Source: Candidatus Poribacteria bacterium (lineage in GTDB: Bacteria; Poribacteria; WGA-4E; GCA-2687025). Taken from it: DNA of 64,000 bases. A model generated the notes under the pieces. That model saw only the letters and a list, made by a program, of their open reading frames with translations, was not told the DNA's origin and ran no database searches. Below are positions 58,422 through 64,000 of this stretch, piece by piece; positions within the stretch are counted from its first letter, which is position 1, and every line of letters starts with the position of its first letter. Both the position numbers and the translations under genes were made by a program. The stretch covers positions 288,001-352,000 of the forward strand of contig OY762492.1 in assembly GCA_963665845.2 (NCBI GenBank). The letters run 5' to 3'.

Positions 58422-59744
58422 CTATTCCTTCAATCCGATCACGATATATTCGGTCGGGTACGCTTCCGAATCCGCCTTGTCCCTGCTGGCGAACCGCCCT
58501 GTTTTTTCATCTCGGCTTTGCGGCAGTATCTTCAGCGGAATGACCCGTTTGATGAGCCTGTCCAGCTTGAATCCTGAAATCTGCAGCGCCTCCGCAAACG
58601 CTTCGCCGTTCAGAATGCTGACGCCTTTCAGCTTCGTGTTTCCAATCACATAGCAGCATCTGCCGCCCGGCTTTAGAATCCGATAACTTTCATCAAACAC
58701 CTTCTGCATGTCGATAAAGAACGCCCGGATCTCTTCCGCCGTTTTTGCGCTCTTCTTCTTCATCTCTCGAACAATGTTGGACGCGATGCGGCTGTCCAGC
58801 GGCTTGAGACTATGCCGCCTGTAAGAGGTGCCGATGAACTCTTTTCGATACTCTTTGAGATCGTCCGCTAAATCGAGCCAGAGCGTGGAAAGCTGATGCA
58901 GATCGGCGTATTCATAGCTGGTCACATACGGGCTTGAGCTGACAATCAAATCGACGCTGTTGTCGGGAACATTTTGCGCTTCGGCGGAGCCGACCTGGAT
59001 ATTGACATGCCCGTTCGGATCCTCTTTCACATGGGACGGCACAACATCGTAAAATTGAAGGTTGCCTTTCTGCATTTTCAAAAGATGCCGTTTGAGAGCG
59101 TCGCGGGGCGGAGTCGGCCGCTTTTTGAAATCGCGCGTCGGTTTTGTGCTGCCTTGATTCCATATGGAGCATGTTTTGAGAACATGGCTAAACGCGACCA
59201 GCAGAAACGACTTGACCGAAGGATCGGTCTCCTTGCGAATCAACGCCAAAATTTTGCCCAGCTCGTCCCGCGCCGATTCCGTAAACCAGTAGTCGATCCG
59301 CTCCATATGCTTCTCTGGAATATAAGGCTCAATCGGTGAACCGCGAAACAGCCGCCCGTTCTCCTCCAGGCTCCATACCTTCGACAAAAAAGCGTTCACT
59401 TTGATGTCGAGATGGTCAGGCGGCAGCGCCTTCGCTTTCGCGCCCGTGATCAGATGAGCGACCTTGTTGATGTCGGTCCCGCTTGCATGAAAACCGCGCG
59501 ACACGGCGCTGACGATTGTTGTCCCGCAGCCCATGAACGGATCGTTGACGCTGGCGCTCTCTCCCGCGATATACTCATCCATCAGCCGCTCCACCAGCTG
59601 CGGGATGAACTTGGCGGGGTAACGGTGGTACCCATGCGTCCATTTGCCGGTGTCGGACGGCTTGCACTCGCTGAACGACCATGATTGGTCGGCGCTGGTT
59701 TGGTCAAACCATTCCAAAATCTGGTCGGGGGACATGCGGTTCAC
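58422..59744 (-). CDS. DNA methyltransferase, alpha class (probably N4-cytosine), variant catalytic motif SSPY
   Basis: THGYHRYPAKFIP, DPFMGCGTT before DLIVSSSPY, YRILKPGG. Confidence 0.85.
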   Translation of the reverse strand: MNRMSPDQILEWFDQTSADQSWSFSECKPSDTGKWTHGYHRYPAKFIPQLVERLMDEYIAGESASVNDPFMGCGTTIVSAVSRGFHASGTDINKVAHLITGAKAKALPPDHLDIKVNAFLSKVWSLEENGRLFRGSPIEPYIPEKHMERIDYWFTESARDELGKILALIRKETDPSVKSFLLVAFSHVLKTCSIWNQGSTKPTRDFKKRPTPPRDALKRHLLKMQKGNLQFYDVVPSHVKEDPNGHVNIQVGSAEAQNVPDNSVDLIVSSSPYVTSYEYADLHQLSTLWLDLADDLKEYRKEFIGTSYRRHSLKPLDSRIASNIVREMKKKSAKTAEEIRAFFIDMQKVFDESYRILKPGGRCCYVIGNTKLKGVSILNGEAFAEALQISGFKLDRLIKRVIPLKILPQSRDEKTGRFASRDKADSEAYPTEYIVIGLKE

Positions 59745-60667
59745 TCTCCGTCTTTGCGGTCGGTCAGATTCAGCAATTCGGCGATGTCGGGCGGAAGCGG
59801 GACGCCGACCCTCGCCTCAAATTCGGCGGCAACGTCCATCCCGTTTTCGATGGCCGCTTCTAAGTCCATTTTAGCCCTTTTCCATCGCCCGCGCCTAATC
59901 CGCTTACAGCCCCGAATAAAATAAGCGGCGTCGAGATTTTTGCGCGCGTCCGGGTCTTTCGGGTTCAGCTCAATTGCTTTTTCAAAAGAGCGAATCCCGT
60001 TCGCCATCCTCTTCATTCCGAAATACGCAATGCCGAGGTTGTTGAAGGCGCCGGCGTCTTTTGGGTTCAGCTCAATCGCTTTGTTGAAATCTCGAACGGC
60101 GTCGTCGTGCTTGCCTTCAGCAAGAAACACAGCGCCGCGCCCAAAAAAGAGGTCTGGGTTCTGCGGTATGGTCAGGATCGCCTTGATAAACTCATCAACG
60201 GCGCGGTCGTAGTCGCCTTGTTCTTTTAGAGAATCGCCGAGGCCGATGTAAGCATCAACCGATTTTGGGGCGCGCTTTATAGCCATTTTGAAATCGCTGA
60301 TGGCGTTGTCGTACCGCTTTATGGAAGCGTAGGCGTTTCCTCGGTGGACATACATTTCAGCCATATCGGATCGGAGCGCGATGGCTTTATTGTAACATTC
60401 GATTGCCTTGCGGTATTCGCCGATGTTGGAATAGACGACGCCGAGATTGAAGAGCGCGGCGGTGAACTGCGGATGCAATTTTAGAGCTTTCTTGTATCCC
60501 TCAATTGCATTCCGATACCATTTTCGCCGCTTTGTTTCTTCAGGGCCTGCATATTTTCGATTCAGCCTTACGGACGCCGTAAAGCCGTAATTCAGCAATT
60601 GAGATTGATCATGCATGCCGCGTTTAATTTCCGTTGCCATTATCACCGCCGCCGTCTGCTCAATCAA
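59741..60667 (-). CDS. TPR repeat protein (start uncertain)
   Basis: About 6 TPR units (ALFNLGVVY, AI.DF.KAIELNPKD); stop overlaps the MTase GTG. Confidence 0.85.
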   Translation of the reverse strand: MIEQTAAVIMATEIKRGMHDQSQLLNYGFTASVRLNRKYAGPEETKRRKWYRNAIEGYKKALKLHPQFTAALFNLGVVYSNIGEYRKAIECYNKAIALRSDMAEMYVHRGNAYASIKRYDNAISDFKMAIKRAPKSVDAYIGLGDSLKEQGDYDRAVDEFIKAILTIPQNPDLFFGRGAVFLAEGKHDDAVRDFNKAIELNPKDAGAFNNLGIAYFGMKRMANGIRSFEKAIELNPKDPDARKNLDAAYFIRGCKRIRRGRWKRAKMDLEAAIENGMDVAAEFEARVGVPLPPDIAELLNLTDRKDGE

Positions 60668-60710
60668 TTAATGCCGCCATTCGTCTCTGTTGTCAAGGGG
60701 CGGCCGCTCA

Positions 60711-62627
60711 TTAGCCCGGCATGATGCGGTAAGGAACCCCCGTAAACAGCCCAACCAGTATCCAGACCCCGCCAATCAGCGCATCCCCGACCACAACCCC
60801 CAAGAAAAACGGACGCCACCGCCGATACCCTCGAAAACCGAGCGCCTTCAAAATCATAAACTTAAACGCCCAGCCCCAGAAAAACGAAAACCAGACCGTA
60901 TGCGGCGCCCAACTGGTCGTCATCGCATAACCCAGCGGATGCAGACGCCACCATGTGAACCGATAGCGCAAAAAAATGAGACCCGACATCGCCGCCGTCC
61001 CGACGCCCATATAACCCAGCTCCGTCCAGCTGGTGTCCGACTGCGCCAATATCTGCCGCGACGCCCGCTGAAACGGCTCCTGCGCCGGCCAATAACCGAG
61101 ATTCAAACCGCCTTTGGAATACCAGAGCCACACGCCCGCAATATACGCCGTGAAGATTCCGAGCAGTATCGCCGCCGCCATCGGAAAAATCGTCTTGCGT
61201 CGCGGAACCTTGACCGCGTCCGCCGCCTTCAACGAGTTCATCATATGCGGCATCATGAACTCCCGCAGGTCGAACATGAGCGTTTTTTCATACGCCAAGA
61301 GCGTTAAATCCCGCGGCGGAATGCGCGCCGTCCCAAGCGGTATCGTTAGATAATCGGACGGGCGGAAGATCGCCAGCAGGAAAAAGAAGCCGCCGTCCGT
61401 CACCATCCATGTCAGCACAACGCACATGACAAAAAACAGCAAATGAACCGACAACGCCACCCAAAACGACATCCCCGCCAGCTTGCATAGAAAACTGAGC
61501 GCAAGGATTCCTCCGACGACGCCGAAAAACGCCGCGCGGTACGGCAGCGCCTCCTCCTCGTCCGAAGCGTCTGTCCTCATACCGAGCGCCTTGCGGGCGA
61601 TGCCGCCGAGATGACCCCGCGCCAGCCACAGCACATAAACAAACAGCGCCAGATACCCGCCCATTTCCTGGCGGTTCGCCATTGTCCATCCGCTCACATT
61701 CAACCCGAACGCGATCGACGCGACGCTCTGCGCCTTATACACAAGATAAAAAAGCCAGAAGCTGAGCGACACATCCAACGGCAGCAGGTAGGTGAAACCG
61801 ATCACGGTCGGATACAGATGCATATGCAGCCAGCGCAAACCCGTCCACGGCCGGTCTGAAAAGAGCGGGTTCGGGTTGAACCCCATCGGTATTTGCGGGA
61901 AGGAGGGTATATGCGCGTGGACGCCGTTGACAAGATGAATCGCAACCGGTATGGAGCATCCGAGCCATGTCATTTTGTTGCGGAAGAAGGCGTTGAACGC
62001 GCCGCCGCCGCTCGGCTCTAGCGTCATTTCGGCGGGCAGTTTCACCAGCGGGAAGGCGAACCGCTCATGCTCAACCCACTGCTTGCGCAGCATGACCGAC
62101 CCGCACAGCATGACAAGATAGCTCAAAAGAACATACCCGATCCAGATCAGCGCGGGGCGGATCCACAGCTCCCACGGGATTCGCCCGTTCGGCCCGACGC
62201 CCTCATAAAACTGACGCGCCGCCTCCGGATCGCTCACCACAAGCCATTCGGGAATATGCGGATACAGCAGGTTCGCCCAATCGTTCGACTCATTGGCGAA
62301 GTAGTAGGGAGAGGTGAGCATGAACAGGTGATAGCGCAAAAATCCGGAGGATGGGATGCCCGACGCGACGATCATCATGATCCATATGACCATCAGCTCC
62401 GCGGCGGAAAAGGCGGCGGAGGGGCGTATGCGCCGAAGGACAGGGTTCATAACGAGAATCAGCAGCGAAAAGAGAAAAAACTGCCCAATCGGAAAATGGT
62501 TGCCGGCGATGAACGTGTTGCGGACATAGTAATCGTTATACGGCGTCAAGGCGGAGAGAAAAACCACATACAACGCCCCGACGCCCAACGCGCGCCATGT
62601 GAACCCTCTTCGAACGCCGTTACTCAT
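60711..62627 (-). CDS. DUF6785/DUF6784-like polytopic membrane protein (putative peptide transporter)
   Basis: Many TM helices; LRKQWVEHERFAFPL, IGFTYL, SLSFWLFY, WWRLHPLGY, PFFLGVVVGD. Confidence 0.75.
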   Translation of the reverse strand: MSNGVRRGFTWRALGVGALYVVFLSALTPYNDYYVRNTFIAGNHFPIGQFFLFSLLILVMNPVLRRIRPSAAFSAAELMVIWIMMIVASGIPSSGFLRYHLFMLTSPYYFANESNDWANLLYPHIPEWLVVSDPEAARQFYEGVGPNGRIPWELWIRPALIWIGYVLLSYLVMLCGSVMLRKQWVEHERFAFPLVKLPAEMTLEPSGGGAFNAFFRNKMTWLGCSIPVAIHLVNGVHAHIPSFPQIPMGFNPNPLFSDRPWTGLRWLHMHLYPTVIGFTYLLPLDVSLSFWLFYLVYKAQSVASIAFGLNVSGWTMANRQEMGGYLALFVYVLWLARGHLGGIARKALGMRTDASDEEEALPYRAAFFGVVGGILALSFLCKLAGMSFWVALSVHLLFFVMCVVLTWMVTDGGFFFLLAIFRPSDYLTIPLGTARIPPRDLTLLAYEKTLMFDLREFMMPHMMNSLKAADAVKVPRRKTIFPMAAAILLGIFTAYIAGVWLWYSKGGLNLGYWPAQEPFQRASRQILAQSDTSWTELGYMGVGTAAMSGLIFLRYRFTWWRLHPLGYAMTTSWAPHTVWFSFFWGWAFKFMILKALGFRGYRRWRPFFLGVVVGDALIGGVWILVGLFTGVPYRIMPG

Positions 62628-62630
62628 CGC

Positions 62631-63323
62631 CTATGTCCAGTTATGAACAACATAGGCGGGCGCGGAGCGTTCATCCATCTGAACGCGGACATGGTCGGCA
62701 TCCGGCAGAAACTCGTTGCGGAGCGCGTTCGCGCGGCGGTTCGACAGGCTAAAGTTGAGAAGTTGCCAACGCAAGCCCTCCGTCCTGCAGACGCGCGCCT
62801 CGCCGGCAAACGGAAGAAACGAGACGCGGTTGAGTCCAGACCCTTCCCGCTGAATCGACAGCTTTTCAACGCACAGATAAAGCGCCTCTTTCGGCTCCGA
62901 CAAGCGCGCTTCCGCCCCGGCGTCATGCGCCTCGCGCAACAGCAGAAGGTTGCCGAGAAAATGGTCATGGTCGAAGGCGTCTTGACGCGGGAAGGCGCCA
63001 TGGATGTCGATCTGCCGCGGTTGACGTTCAAGGGCGGCATGCAGGGCGAGCTGTCCGTCGGTGAGGTCTTTGTCGGTTTGCCCTTCCCAACGGCGTTCAA
63101 TGAGCGCGCCGCCGTTTTTCAATTCGGACGGGTCAAGCGAATCAAAGTCGCCGATGACAAGGGGGCGGTTCGGCGCGGGGTCAAGCCAGCCCAGGACGCG
63201 CGCGCCGCCGTCCGCAAAGACGCAGACGGTTCCGCGCTGTTGAGCGGAGCGTTCATAAAACGCGCGCGCCGACAGGTCGTACCGTCCATTCAAAAACAGC
63301 GCGGCGCGCAAGCAATTCGACAT
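62631..63323 (-). CDS. thiN: thiamine pyrophosphokinase
   Basis: ADGGA, IGDFDS, KDLTDGQLAL, DHFLGN, GLRWQL. Confidence 0.85.
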   Translation of the reverse strand: MSNCLRAALFLNGRYDLSARAFYERSAQQRGTVCVFADGGARVLGWLDPAPNRPLVIGDFDSLDPSELKNGGALIERRWEGQTDKDLTDGQLALHAALERQPRQIDIHGAFPRQDAFDHDHFLGNLLLLREAHDAGAEARLSEPKEALYLCVEKLSIQREGSGLNRVSFLPFAGEARVCRTEGLRWQLLNFSLSNRRANALRNEFLPDADHVRVQMDERSAPAYVVHNWT

Positions 63324-63445
63324 GGCTGCAAGTGTAAGCGGTCATGACATATCTGTCAACGCCTGCGCCGATATGGCAGCCCGTAATCGGACAGCGGCGC
63401 GCTCATTCCCGCCTTTCTCCTCGTCGTCATTGCCGCGCCGGGCTA

Positions 63446-63485
63446 AAACCCGCCCCAGCCCCCTTTTCAAGGGGGAGTCTAGAAA
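63446..63485. repeat. CCCCCTTTTCAAGGGGGAGTC hairpin repeat
   Basis: Same family as 48788-48860 and 30723. Confidence 0.8.
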
Positions 63486-63552
63486 TCTACCGCTGGCGCG
63501 ATAATTGCATAGACGCCCTCAAAAGATTATTCTTTAGGGGAAAGGTTGAACA

Positions 63553-64000
63553 ATGAGAATGGAACGATTGACCGTCAAAGCAAAAGAGGCGCTCCAGCTC
63601 GCCCATGAGTACGCCAGCGAGCGCGACCATCCGGAGCTGTCGCCTGAACATACGATGCTGGCTCTCTTAGACCAGACCGAATCGCCCGTCTCCGCGGTCT
63701 TGGAAAGCGCCGGCGTGGAGCCTGCGCAGGCGCGCGCCGAGATACTGGCGGAGGTGGAGAAGAAACCGCGCGTGACCGGCGCCGCCGACCGGCTCATGTC
63801 CTCCAGCTCCCGCCGCGCCCTGGACGACGCTTGGAAGCAGGCAAAAGCGCTCGGCGACGAATACTTGAGCGTTGAACATCTGCTGATTGGCATTTTAAAA
63901 CAGGAAGAAACGTCGGCATCGAAGATTTTGCGCGAGCTAGGCCTCACGCCCGAAACAGCGCTGAAAACGCTGGAAACCGTCCGCGGCGGACACACTGTCG
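63553..64000 (+). CDS. clpB: ATP-dependent chaperone ClpB/ClpC family, N-terminal part (truncated by window edge)
   Basis: MRMERLTVKAKEALQLA..PEH.MLALL..A..LGDEYLSVEHLLIG..VRGG; absent from the ORF track because it has no stop in the window. Confidence 0.85.
   Translation, partial: MRMERLTVKAKEALQLAHEYASERDHPELSPEHTMLALLDQTESPVSAVLESAGVEPAQARAEILAEVEKKPRVTGAADRLMSSSSRRALDDAWKQAKALGDEYLSVEHLLIGILKQEETSASKILRELGLTPETALKTLETVRGGHTV

Noticed and set aside
62067-63347. 426-aa plus-strand ORF (also 17474-18682, 30941-32002, 45680-46519)
   Set aside because: Antisense to well-supported genes with no recognisable motifs; expected in GC-rich DNA
1-64000. tRNA, rRNA, integrase, transposase or prophage genes
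   Set aside because: None recognised by eye; the MITE's transposase would have to be encoded elsewhere

Overview
GC-rich chromosomal window from a diderm bacterium. C-terminal protein motifs (NYPNPFNPETWIP; VDPAxK..QWGxxK), WD40/TPR/TolB repeat proteins and a DUF6785-like membrane protein suggest Candidatus Poribacteria or a relative (inference). Housekeeping genes include lpxB, lpxK, lpxC-fabZ, lpxA, lpxI, a GldA/F/G-like ABC transporter, an EF-G paralog, nadD, an HD-pyrR-pyrC-carA-carB operon without pyrB, thiN and the start of clpB. There are two defence-like islets. The first is a fused Type IIG-like R-M gene followed by a TPR protein with an antitoxin-like tail and a RelE-like toxin whose second half lies in the -1 frame (not in the ORF track). 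The second is a TPR + MTase + CCGG-family REase + MTase cluster. Other signals: a 168-bp MITE with TIRs and target duplications, nested palindromic repeat families, a PyrR-binding hairpin next to an RBS, a duplicated 70-bp promoter flanking a small gene, two TolB-like paralogs with a near-identical core (one with an A10 tract shifting its C-terminal motif out of frame), and a 21-blade WD40/Ig surface protein. No rRNA, tRNA, CRISPR array or transposase was seen. All family assignments come from reading motifs by eye; no database search was run.
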